A DNA stretch of 64,000 nt from a candidate division WOR-3 bacterium (lineage in GTDB: Bacteria; Hydrothermota; Hydrothermia; B15-G9; WFZT01). The notes under the pieces were generated by a model. It did not search any database. It saw nothing but the letters and a program-made list of their open reading frames with translations, and was not told the origin of the DNA. Position 1 is the first letter of the stretch, and every line of letters begins with the position of its first letter. Position numbers and translations under genes: made by a program. The stretch lies in contig JALUEE010000086.1 in assembly GCA_027053075.1 (NCBI GenBank), positions 1 through 64,000 on the forward strand, given 5' to 3'. Below are positions 40,086 to 48,388 of this stretch, in pieces.

Positions 40086-40168
40086 TGCCGGGGGCGGGAC
40101 TCGAACCCGCACGGGGAAACCCCAGGGGATTTTAAGTCCCCTGCGTCTGCCACTTCCGCCACCCCGGC
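40086..40168 (-). tRNA. tRNA-Leu(TAA)
   Basis: Anticodon loop CTTAAAA, long variable arm, GTTCGAGTC. Confidence 0.95.
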
Positions 40169-40176
40169 AAAAAATA

Positions 40177-40251
40177 TGGAGGCGGCACCCGGATTCGAAC
40201 CGGGGAATAGCGGATTTGCAATCCGCCGCCTTGCCACTTGGCTATGCCGCC
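40177..40251 (-). tRNA. tRNA-Cys(GCA)
   Basis: Anticodon loop TTGCAAA, U discriminator, CCA encoded. Confidence 0.95.
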
Positions 40252-40264
40252 GTTTCCCTATTTA

Positions 40265-40293
40265 TTATTAACAATCCGCCACCCCCATGTCAA
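40265..40293 (-). promoter_or_regulatory. Promoter of tRNA-Cys/Leu operon
   Basis: TTGACA-17 nt-TAATAA with TG extension. Confidence 0.65.
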
Positions 40294-40296
40294 CAT

Positions 40297-40420
40297 CAGG
40301 TGTTCGAAAATTCCCCCCTCCTATCCTCCCCCCCACGCACGAAGTGCGTGGGGGGAGGAATAAGGTGGGGGGAAATTTTTCATTAAAATTCAAAGGTTTT
40401 GAAATTTTTCGAACACGCTC
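40297..40420. mobile_element. MITE copy C (reverse orientation)
   Basis: Colinear with copies A/B in reverse; ends ..GTGTTCGAAAA and TTTTTCGAACACGCTC; flanks ACATCAGG / AGATCAGG; left boundary uncertain. Confidence 0.8.
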
Positions 40421-40425
40421 AGATC

Positions 40426-40723
40426 AGGGGTGTTCGGAAATTCCAGATTTTAGTTGCCCCCGACGGATACTCGAAACCACAGTGACGATCGCTCAGTCAA
40501 TAGATTTCCCTACTTCCTTTGGAAAGGAGGAGAATGGGAATGGGAAAATAAATGAATCCAATGTTTTGCCGACTATAATTTCCCCGTTCCACCCCGGCCC
40601 TTCTTCCCCAAGGAAGAGAGGAAGTTTCTCTTCTTATTATGCCCAAACTTGAATCACTTATTTAACGCCGCTTTTCCCTACTCCACTCACGCTGCACAAA
40701 AGATGATATCTTCTAACAGGCTC
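40426..40723. mobile_element. MITE-like element E (about 300 bp) abutting copy C
   Basis: Ends AGGGGTGTTCGGAAA and TTCTAACAGGCTC; two degenerate internal REP-like hairpins; no clear TSD. Confidence 0.5.
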
Positions 40724-40789
40724 GGGTTAAGGTTTTTGTAAATGCCCGCAGACAGAGTTTCCAGAATGTTTATTTGAGCTCGATTCCCA

Positions 40790-40857
40790 AAAACTTCCTC
40801 TCCCCGCGTAAATTATTTGCGGGGAGAGGATTGAGGTGAGGGGCAACATCTGAAAAA
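40790..40857. repeat. REP-like palindrome (reverse copy)
   Basis: CCTCTCCCCGCG..TGCGGGGAGAGGATTGAGGTGAGGGGCAACATCTG. Confidence 0.85.
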
Positions 40858-40964
40858 TCTTTTCGTGCTCTCATACCTTGCGGCTGATAAACTGGTGCTC
40901 CAGTGATTGCATTTCTCAAGAACGGGGGAGGTGTAGACTTATGTAAAAGAATCTTAAAAAATTT

Positions 40965-41005
40965 GTGTGGGGGGGTGGGGCGCCGCAGGCGCCCCACCCC
41001 CACAC
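40965..41005 (-). terminator. Hairpin downstream of cstA
   Basis: GGGGGTGGGGCGCC-GCA-GGCGCCCCACCCCC, T tract on minus strand. Confidence 0.7.
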
Positions 41006-41026
41006 TCTGTCCCCTTACTCCTCCCT

Positions 41027-42748
41027 CTACGCTATCTCTTCTTCCTCGGCAGCCGGCGCAGAGAGGTATTTCCCAAGGGCTATTATTGCTTCAATTATCA
41101 TCCAGATCTCAAGCAGGAATACGATGACTCCAATTGTGAGAAGCAGTGTATTGTGAGTTCTCGCAAACTTCTCGATATTCAGTATCATTGCCCATCCAGT
41201 CATAAAGATCATAAAGATCATGGGCAGCGCAGCGAACCAGATGGGTTTCTTGAGCCTTGCAAGATAAACCGTTGCCACCAGCAAGGCAAGACCGGCAAGG
41301 AGCTGGTTGACCGTTCCAAAGAGCGGCCAGAGGATGAGTGCTCCTTTACCGTTCTTCTGCACAAATGCCAGCAGGAATGCAGTGAAAACAGCGAGGAATG
41401 TTGCCACCCATCTGTTGGCAAGGGCGGGTATACCAAGATCATTGAAGAACTCACCAATCACATATCTCTGAATACGTGTAGCAGTATCCAGTGTGGTTCC
41501 CGCAAAAGATACAAGGAACACGGCCATGATAGTTGTTCCAATTGCGAGAGGAATTCCAAAAGAATGCATGAGATTTGCGGAGCCGATGATCACGGCATTT
41601 AGCTTTGAACCAAGCCCGGCAGCAGCCTTCCAGCTCGCGTAATGATGTGCCCATGCAGCATATCCTGTGAGCACCTGACCGTTCTTAAGGACATAATGCA
41701 TTCCAATTGCTGCTGTGGTTGCCACAATTACCAGTACTGAGAGTGACCCTTCCATGAGCATGCCACCATATCCCACAAAGAGTGCATCTGGCTCTTTGTC
41801 AATCTGCTTTGAGGATGTTCCAGAACTCACAAGAGAATGGAAACCGGATATCGCTCCACAAGCAATGACGACAAAAAGGAATGGCCAGAGAGGCGGTGCA
41901 CCCGTGGCATGGATATTTGTTGCGGGAGCAACGATTTTAGGGTGGGCAACAATTGTTCCGATGAACAAAAGACCCATGGCGATAAGCAACTCGTGAGCGT
42001 TGATGTAATCCCTTGGTTGAAGCAATGTCCAGACAGGCAACGTGGACGCAAAGAAAGCGTAAATCAAGAGGATAATGAGCCATGTGGCAACCGGTGTCAG
42101 TCCGAAGAGACCAGGCAGTTTAAGAGGCCAGTATGCACCGATGATAACGGTGATGTACATCAACACGACAGCTATGAGAGATATGGTGGTAAGATTCCCA
42201 CCTTTTTTGTAAATGGCATATCCTGCCCATACAGCAATTGGTATTTCCATCCAGACCGGGAATACGGATTGAGGGAACATATGGAACAAAATACCCATAA
42301 CCAGGGCGAAGATAGCGATCACGATCCACAGCTCAAAGAAGATGATGAGCAAGAAGAGGTATCTTGTTCTGGAATTCACCAGATTTGCGGTGAGCTCTCC
42401 GATGGACACTCCTTTGTTTCTCATAGAAGCCACGAGAGCGGAGAAATCATGCACTCCACCAAGAAAGATTGGACCGAGTGCCACCCAGAGAGCTGCTGGT
42501 AGCCAACCCCAGATCACGGCTATTGCGGGACCAACGATGGGACCAAGCCCTGCGATTGAGGTGAAGTGGTGCCCAAAGAGCACCTCCTTCTTTGCAGGCA
42601 TGTAGTCAATATCGTCCCTTAGCTCGTGAGCCGGGGTTACTCTATTGGGATCCAGTTTGAAGATCTTATTGGCCAGATACTTACCATAAGTATGGTAAGC
42701 CAGTAGATAGGCCGCGAATACTATTACTGCTAAGAGTAAGGAGTTCAT
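41027..42748 (-). CDS. cstA: Carbon starvation protein A family transporter
   Basis: FGHHFTSIAG, LLQPRDY, IACGAISGFH, TTLDTATR, LWPLFG. Confidence 0.95.
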   Translation of the reverse strand: MNSLLLAVIVFAAYLLAYHTYGKYLANKIFKLDPNRVTPAHELRDDIDYMPAKKEVLFGHHFTSIAGLGPIVGPAIAVIWGWLPAALWVALGPIFLGGVHDFSALVASMRNKGVSIGELTANLVNSRTRYLFLLIIFFELWIVIAIFALVMGILFHMFPQSVFPVWMEIPIAVWAGYAIYKKGGNLTTISLIAVVLMYITVIIGAYWPLKLPGLFGLTPVATWLIILLIYAFFASTLPVWTLLQPRDYINAHELLIAMGLLFIGTIVAHPKIVAPATNIHATGAPPLWPFLFVVIACGAISGFHSLVSSGTSSKQIDKEPDALFVGYGGMLMEGSLSVLVIVATTAAIGMHYVLKNGQVLTGYAAWAHHYASWKAAAGLGSKLNAVIIGSANLMHSFGIPLAIGTTIMAVFLVSFAGTTLDTATRIQRYVIGEFFNDLGIPALANRWVATFLAVFTAFLLAFVQKNGKGALILWPLFGTVNQLLAGLALLVATVYLARLKKPIWFAALPMIFMIFMTGWAMILNIEKFARTHNTLLLTIGVIVFLLEIWMIIEAIIALGKYLSAPAAEEEEIA

Positions 42749-42786
42749 CATCAAACCTCCTTTTTATTTAAATAGCCCTACCCATC

Positions 42787-43116
42787 CTAACACGGGTCCT
42801 GCGACAATGATCGATCTGCCACCTCCTCCAGCTTTTTCACGCCGACCTTCTTATCTGGAGCTTCAAGCTCCCTTTTGAGGTTTTCGGCATGCTGCCTTGG
42901 ATTGTTTGAAATTATGATTTCGACACTATTTTTGTCGGCTTCAGCGTAAACCTTCTCGGTGGGTTTTTTCTTAACAACTGCTATTGCCCTCTCCAGGTCA
43001 AACTTTTTCTTTAGTTTCCCAAACTCCCACACATCAAAAATACCCAGCTGGTCTCCATAAGCGATCAGGATTTTGTGATCGCTCAGGCTTTTACCTTTTT
43101 TCTTAAAGAGTCCCAT
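42787..43116 (-). CDS. Hypothetical protein ending in DPC; paralogue of upstream gene
   Basis: Aligns along its length with 43168-43515. Confidence 0.75.
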   Translation of the reverse strand: MGLFKKKGKSLSDHKILIAYGDQLGIFDVWEFGKLKKKFDLERAIAVVKKKPTEKVYAEADKNSVEIIISNNPRQHAENLKRELEAPDKKVGVKKLEEVADRSLSQDPC

Positions 43117-43167
43117 TTTATCACCGCCCTTATTCTAAAAATTCTATCATAGTTATGTCAAGTTTTA

Positions 43168-43515
43168 TTACATAGGGTCCATTGTAAAATTGCGTTCAGT
43201 TATATCTTCAATGCTTTTAATAAAGCAAGGAATGCCTTTCTTCTCATAGGATTCCCTGACTGATTTTGCTTCTTTTTTGGGGTTGCTCACAACCTTTACG
43301 GGTACATCTCTTAAGATGGCTTGCTTTTCAACGTTGGGTGAAAGTGGTCTTTGGGTGAGCACCAATACATCTCTGAGTCCCCATTTCTTTCTCAGTTTTT
43401 GAATGTCCCAGATGTCCCTGACACCTACACGATCTGCATAAATAATCACTACACTGTTCTGGTAGTTATAGGCTCTTTTCTTTTTAAATCTCGGAATATG
43501 GATGAAAATCTCCAT
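43168..43515 (-). CDS. Hypothetical protein ending in DPM; paralogue of downstream gene
   Basis: Start reassigned to ATG 43515 by similarity to its neighbour. Confidence 0.7.
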   Translation of the reverse strand: MEIFIHIPRFKKKRAYNYQNSVVIIYADRVGVRDIWDIQKLRKKWGLRDVLVLTQRPLSPNVEKQAILRDVPVKVVSNPKKEAKSVRESYEKKGIPCFIKSIEDITERNFTMDPM

Positions 43516-43646
43516 CGGTATAATTATTAAAAGGAGGTGATTAAATTTCAAGTGTCTCTGTGATATTTTGACATCAAAAATTTCGCCACGAATTGTTCGA
43601 TGAATAATAGCTTTTTTAGACTGGATTTGATGAACAAAACTATCTG

Positions 43647-43735
43647 GAGATTGCTCGAAAGGTGAATCCATTTTAGTGGGGCTGCCACGCACGATGTGCG
43701 TGGCAGCCCCACTCGCAACATTTTCGAACATCCTA
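43647..43735. mobile_element. Short MITE-like element F (89 bp)
   Basis: Ends GAGATTGCTCGAAA / TTTTCGAACATCCTA; central palindrome shares the CACGCAC-NNN-GTGCGTG core; no TSD seen. Confidence 0.55.
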
Positions 43736-43896
43736 CATCATTTGTGAAGTTCAGTTATTCGGATATCTCCCAAATACCCGATCAAGTTACTGTGGATTCC
43801 CCAAATGAATATATTCAAATGTCAGAATCTGGCTATCGACGGTTTTACCCCCAACCTGTCATTAAAAAATTTGATCCTGTCCGTATTTAAAAATTA

Positions 43897-43925
43897 TTGA
43901 CCGGTGGGGTGTGGATGGTTATATT
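43897..43925 (+). promoter_or_regulatory. Sigma70-type promoter
   Basis: TTGACC-17 nt-TATATT. Confidence 0.65.
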
Positions 43926-43953
43926 AAAGAACCATCAAAAAGGAGGTTGACTG

Positions 43954-44322
43954 ATGATACGGGGTTTGAGTGACGAAGAGATCCTTGGAATCTGGGAAAG
44001 TGTTACAGATTTCACAGAAGGATGGTACGAAGCAATTGGTGAGCTTCTCTCAAGGGCAGATGACCTGAAGATGGAGATTGACGACGCAGGACTTAAAACC
44101 AAGCTTGAGAAGATTCAGAGAAAACTCCTTAGACTGAGGCAGGATATTGAGGATACAGTTGAATCAGCAAGGAGCGGTGAGATCAGTTCCAACGACCTTG
44201 AAAACTTTTTCAGGGATTACGGGGAAACACTTTCATCCCTTGAGGCTGAGCTTCTGGAACTTGAGCTTGAGCCCGAGGATTATGATGATTATTACGACGA
44301 ATTTGAGGAAGAAGAGTATTAG
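43954..44322 (+). CDS. Highly acidic helical hypothetical protein
   Basis: Promoter, AGGAGG SD, D/E-rich tail. Confidence 0.8.
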   Translation: MIRGLSDEEILGIWESVTDFTEGWYEAIGELLSRADDLKMEIDDAGLKTKLEKIQRKLLRLRQDIEDTVESARSGEISSNDLENFFRDYGETLSSLEAELLELELEPEDYDDYYDEFEEEEY

Positions 44323-44984
44323 TTAAACCCATACTTTCCTCTTAGAGGGACAAAAGCACAGGGGAAAAGCTCTTCTTTGAGGATTTTCCCATTTTTCTTT
44401 ATTCCTTTTACAAGTATTTGCCCACCAATATCCCCAATGGGAATAACAATGATTCCACCTCCTTTTAGCTGCTCTTCTAAGGGCTCGGGGATATCCGGAG
44501 CTGCGGCTGTCACAATAATTCGATCATAAGGAGCATGTTCCGGCCAGCCTTCAGAGCCATCACCAACTTTGAAATGAACATTGGTAATGCCCAATTTTCG
44601 AAGAATCCTTTGCGCCCTTTGTGAGAGCTCTGGAATTCTTTCGACTGTATAGACTTCCTTTGCGAGCTTGGCAAGAATAGCAGTCTGGTATCCAGAGCCG
44701 GTGCCTATTTCGAGAACTTTATTGTCATCCTGAACCTCAAGTAATTCTGTCATAACAGCAACCATGTATGGCTGAGAAATGGTCTGACCGGCACCAATTG
44801 GCAGAGGATAGTCGTTGTACGCCTGGTCAATGTATTCTGGTGGGACGAAGGCATGACGAGGAACTTCAAGTATGGCTTTGATAACCCGTGGGTCTTTTAC
44901 TCCGCGTGCAATAATTTGGGATTCGACCATTTCCCTGCGGAGTTCAGAAAGATAATTCCCACTGGAGCCGTTTGAGTTCATCAT
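44319..44984 (-). CDS. pcm: Protein-L-isoaspartate O-methyltransferase
   Basis: QTISQPY, VLEIGTGSGY, APYDRIIVTAA, FVPL. Confidence 0.95.
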   Translation of the reverse strand: MMNSNGSSGNYLSELRREMVESQIIARGVKDPRVIKAILEVPRHAFVPPEYIDQAYNDYPLPIGAGQTISQPYMVAVMTELLEVQDDNKVLEIGTGSGYQTAILAKLAKEVYTVERIPELSQRAQRILRKLGITNVHFKVGDGSEGWPEHAPYDRIIVTAAAPDIPEPLEEQLKGGGIIVIPIGDIGGQILVKGIKKNGKILKEELFPCAFVPLRGKYGFN

Positions 44985-45684
44985 AGTTGGTTAAGTCAAT
45001 GTTTAAAGGCGTTAAGGCCACAAAGTCATCAGAAACGGCCTTGAGATCGGTGCCTGGCTCTTTACTCCAAAGGGGCTCACCGCCGATGTAGTACGTATCA
45101 TCCTCCCTTTTCTCGACGGGGTCGCGGTAGGCCCGGCGTCCGAGCCTGACAATCCTGATTCCCCTGATCTCCTTAATTGGCTTATTGGGTATATTTACAT
45201 TTAAAAGCTCAAAGTCAAGCCTGAGTTTTTCTATTTCGTCAATGATGAGCCTTGTAAAATGCATCCCCGTTTCCCAGTAGTACTCATTGGTTGGGGAATT
45301 ACCCAGTGATATGGCAATAGCTGGAATGTTGTAAATCGCCCCTTCACGGGCAGCAGCTACAGTTCCTGAATAAAATACGTCTTCTCCGAGATTGTAACCT
45401 TTGTTGATTCCCGAAAGAACAAGGTCAGGTCTCCGTGGAAGAAGCTCGAATATCCCAAGAAGGATGCAGTCTGCCGGGGTTCCAGTGATAGCAAAGACTC
45501 TCTCGTCTACCTTTTTAACCTTTATTGGCTTTCGAAGTGTGATAGAGTGGCTCGCACCGCTTCTTTCTTTATCAGGCACAACAATGTAAACATCACCAAG
45601 ATGTGAGACGGCTTCACGAAGTCTGTAAATACCTTCACTTTCCACACCGTCGTCGTTGGATATCAAAATTAGCTTTTTACTCAT
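44944..45684 (-). CDS. surE: 5'/3'-nucleotidase SurE
   Basis: SNDDG, GTPADC, SGIN..YSGTVAAA. Confidence 0.95.
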   Translation of the reverse strand: MSKKLILISNDDGVESEGIYRLREAVSHLGDVYIVVPDKERSGASHSITLRKPIKVKKVDERVFAITGTPADCILLGIFELLPRRPDLVLSGINKGYNLGEDVFYSGTVAAAREGAIYNIPAIAISLGNSPTNEYYWETGMHFTRLIIDEIEKLRLDFELLNVNIPNKPIKEIRGIRIVRLGRRAYRDPVEKREDDTYYIGGEPLWSKEPGTDLKAVSDDFVALTPLNIDLTNYDELKRLQWELSF

Positions 45685-46346
45685 CTCCAGAGGAATTTTA
45701 ACGCCAGTTTGATGAATCTCAAAGTATCGCGAACCTTATCCACTGAGCTGATCCCGGTCCCATAGATGACCTTTATCGGTACACCGCAGACTTTGAAGCC
45801 AGCAACAGCAATTTTAAACACTACTTCTGATTCAAAATCGTATCGGGATTGGGTGAATTTGAGTCTTAGAACACGTCGTGAATAGAGACGATAGCCACTT
45901 TGCGTATCCGGGAGGCGTGTCCCGGCAAGGAGTGAGAGAATCATCGTGGTAATGCGGTTTGAAATATAGTTCAGGAAAGGCATTTTATAGAGCTCGTGCC
46001 AACGTGTGCCTATAACAAGGTCACAGCCCTCATTTTTAAATTTTGCAATGAATTTGGGAAGGTCTGAAGGATCGTGCTGGAGATCAGCGTCCATGGTAAT
46101 GACTGCATCAAATCCGTGATCAAGTGCATATTTAAAGGCTTTTTTGATGGATTCACCCTTACCGAGATTGGGTGAATTTTTGATGACTTTTACACCGAAG
46201 GATTTAGCCTCTTCATACGTTCTGTCAGCTGAACCGTCATCAATCACGAGTATGTTTTCTTTTGGGTATTTTTTAACGAGTATATCGAGGAGTTTTGAGA
46301 TTCTACCCTCTTCGTTGTAGGCGGGAATAGCGATCAGGACATTCAT
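45681..46346 (-). CDS. GT2 glycosyltransferase (polyprenol-phosphate glycosyltransferase-like)
   Basis: PAYNE, DDGS, MDADLQH, DTQSGYR. Confidence 0.88.
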   Translation of the reverse strand: MNVLIAIPAYNEEGRISKLLDILVKKYPKENILVIDDGSADRTYEEAKSFGVKVIKNSPNLGKGESIKKAFKYALDHGFDAVITMDADLQHDPSDLPKFIAKFKNEGCDLVIGTRWHELYKMPFLNYISNRITTMILSLLAGTRLPDTQSGYRLYSRRVLRLKFTQSRYDFESEVVFKIAVAGFKVCGVPIKVIYGTGISSVDKVRDTLRFIKLALKFLWR

Positions 46347-46357
46347 AAGAAGAAAAA

Positions 46358-46435
46358 TGGTCGGGGCGAGTGGATTTGAACCACCGACCCCCAGCCCCCC
46401 ATGCTGGTGCGCTAACCGGGCTGCGCTACGCCCCG
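46358..46435 (-). tRNA. tRNA-Pro(GGG)
   Basis: Anticodon loop ATGGGGG, CCA encoded; promoter TTGACT-17-TAACAT at 46449-46477. Confidence 0.95.
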
Positions 46436-46481
46436 ACCAATCGCTATTATGTTAACTAAAACCACCGGTTCAGTCAACCAT

Positions 46482-46509
46482 CCCCCACACGCTTTGTGCG
46501 TGGGCGCTC
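46482..46509. repeat. Remnant of the MITE central palindrome
   Basis: CCCACACGC-TTT-GTGCGTGGG then CGCTC, between two back-to-back -35 boxes. Confidence 0.5.
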
Positions 46510-46549
46510 ACTGCTTGATAGGTTCTCGTGGCTTTGTTAAGCTTTATGT

Positions 46550-48388
46550 ATGCTCCTTACTATTCTTATCGCATTTTCTCTAACTATTTCTGACGTTGAA
46601 AACAGGTACATAAACGAGGCACTGCAGATTTTAAACGTTACGAGAGAAGACCTTAAGTATGAAAAGATCTGGGTGAAAAAGGATCCGTTTCGACTGAAAA
46701 TCGTGGAAAAATTCCTGAATGACCCACTTTCCATGCCTTATGTGGCTGACTCCATTGAGGATTCCATCAAATCCCTCAAAAATGATTCACCTGCACTGGT
46801 GAGCTACCTTTCTTCATTAATTGATGAGCCAGCTTACGATTACCCGGTGGACTCCGAGGGCCTAAAATTTCCGGATACTTTAAATCCCAGGTTGAGTGAA
46901 TTGATAAAATCCCTTTATGCAGCTTCAAAGCTATCTCAAAAAACATTTTCAAAATTGTCTGGGGGCGAGATTGATACGCTACTTTCAGATGGAATTTACT
47001 GGTGGACCGATGAGGATGATTCTCTTGATGACACCCTGAGAGGGGTAATTTTGCGAGAATTTGGAAAAGAAACACCGTTCCCTTACGGTGATACGACGTC
47101 TGTCCCTCTCGACTCCCTCTCGATGATTCTAAAGAAGGTTGAACTCAAATACATGCTTTCTGCCTTTCATGATGTTCTTGAGGCTGTAAAAGCTTTTGTT
47201 AGCAACGCTCCTCAGGTTAGCGATTCATTCCAGTATGAATTTAATACACCACTTGGGGAAGTCGCTGTCGGGGGAGTGGGCAAAAACATTTACCGTGGCG
47301 ATTATGCATTGATTGTGGATTTTGGAGGGGATGATGAGTATTACGGGCGGCTTGGAGCTGGGATTGGTATTCTGAGTCATCCCGTTGGTGTAATCATTGA
47401 TTTTGGTGGAGATGATGTCTATCGCTCAAATAGAGTTGTTTCCTTTGGCAGTGGATACTTTGGGATTGGAGTCCTTTACGATGGTGAAGGAAACGATTAC
47501 TACTACTCATCACATGTTTCCCTTGGTGCTGGCATTCTTGGTTGTGGCGCTTTGATTGATGTGGATGGAAACGATGCTTACCGTGCTGGATTTTTCACTG
47601 AGGGAAGTGGCAATTTTGGTCTGGGCATACTTGAAGATTTAAAAGGTGACGATGATTATCAGGCCTATGACTGGGCCCAGGGATTTGGCTCGGTTAAGGG
47701 ATTGGGATTGCTCTTTGATGATGCAGGAAATGATCGATACTACGCTGGTGGATACTATATCCATCATCCCTTGTTACCTCACAATTACCGCTCATTTGCC
47801 CAGGGGTTTGCCATGGGTTGGAGGCCGGACATTTCCGGTGGGATAGGTATCCTTGTTGATACGAGAGGGAACGATTCGTACTACGTGGAAGTCTATGGAC
47901 AGGGGGCAAGCTACTGGATTTCTGCTGGTCTGCTTTTGGATGACGCAGGTGATGACACCTATCATGGGGTCGAATATGTTCAGGGGGCGGGTATTCACCT
48001 TTCTACCGGCATTCTGGTGGATCGTGGTGGTGACGATTCATATTATTCAAGATATGGTCCGTCTCAGGGAGAAGGACATGACCTCTCTGTGGGCTGGCTT
48101 GTGGATAAATCCGGTGATGACAACTACTATGTCTCCGGTGGTCAGGGAGCTGGTATCTACAATTCTGTAGGATTTTTCATCGATTCAAAAGGTAATGACA
48201 CTTACATGACAAGGGAGAAGAATGCAGGCCAGGGCTGGGCAAATTGGGGGCGAAACTCGGCCGCTGTTGGTGTCTTTCTTGATCTTGGTGGAAAAGATGT
48301 TTATAGAAAAGGACTGCCAGGCCGTGACAATAAAATCTGGCTACTTGGCACTTATGGAGTTGGCATCGATACGGAGACAGGGAAATGA
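46550..48388 (+). CDS. Secreted Gly/Asp-repeat (putative beta-solenoid) protein
   Basis: About a dozen D-x-x-G-[ND]-D-x-Y repeats; signal-like N-terminus; promoter TTGATA-17-TAAGCT. Confidence 0.78.
   Translation: MLLTILIAFSLTISDVENRYINEALQILNVTREDLKYEKIWVKKDPFRLKIVEKFLNDPLSMPYVADSIEDSIKSLKNDSPALVSYLSSLIDEPAYDYPVDSEGLKFPDTLNPRLSELIKSLYAASKLSQKTFSKLSGGEIDTLLSDGIYWWTDEDDSLDDTLRGVILREFGKETPFPYGDTTSVPLDSLSMILKKVELKYMLSAFHDVLEAVKAFVSNAPQVSDSFQYEFNTPLGEVAVGGVGKNIYRGDYALIVDFGGDDEYYGRLGAGIGILSHPVGVIIDFGGDDVYRSNRVVSFGSGYFGIGVLYDGEGNDYYYSSHVSLGAGILGCGALIDVDGNDAYRAGFFTEGSGNFGLGILEDLKGDDDYQAYDWAQGFGSVKGLGLLFDDAGNDRYYAGGYYIHHPLLPHNYRSFAQGFAMGWRPDISGGIGILVDTRGNDSYYVEVYGQGASYWISAGLLLDDAGDDTYHGVEYVQGAGIHLSTGILVDRGGDDSYYSRYGPSQGEGHDLSVGWLVDKSGDDNYYVSGGQGAGIYNSVGFFIDSKGNDTYMTREKNAGQGWANWGRNSAAVGVFLDLGGKDVYRKGLPGRDNKIWLLGTYGVGIDTETGK

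Noticed and set aside
40076..40386. ORFs spanning tRNA-Leu/Cys, including the N-terminal extension of 39812-40237
   Set aside because: Overlap tRNAs; real CDS starts at 40075
40967..42502. Long antisense ORFs (211 and 221 aa) opposite cstA
   Set aside because: Shadow frames of a conserved membrane protein gene
42781..42795. Possible selenocysteine read-through after DPC
   Set aside because: Stop codon is TAG, not TGA
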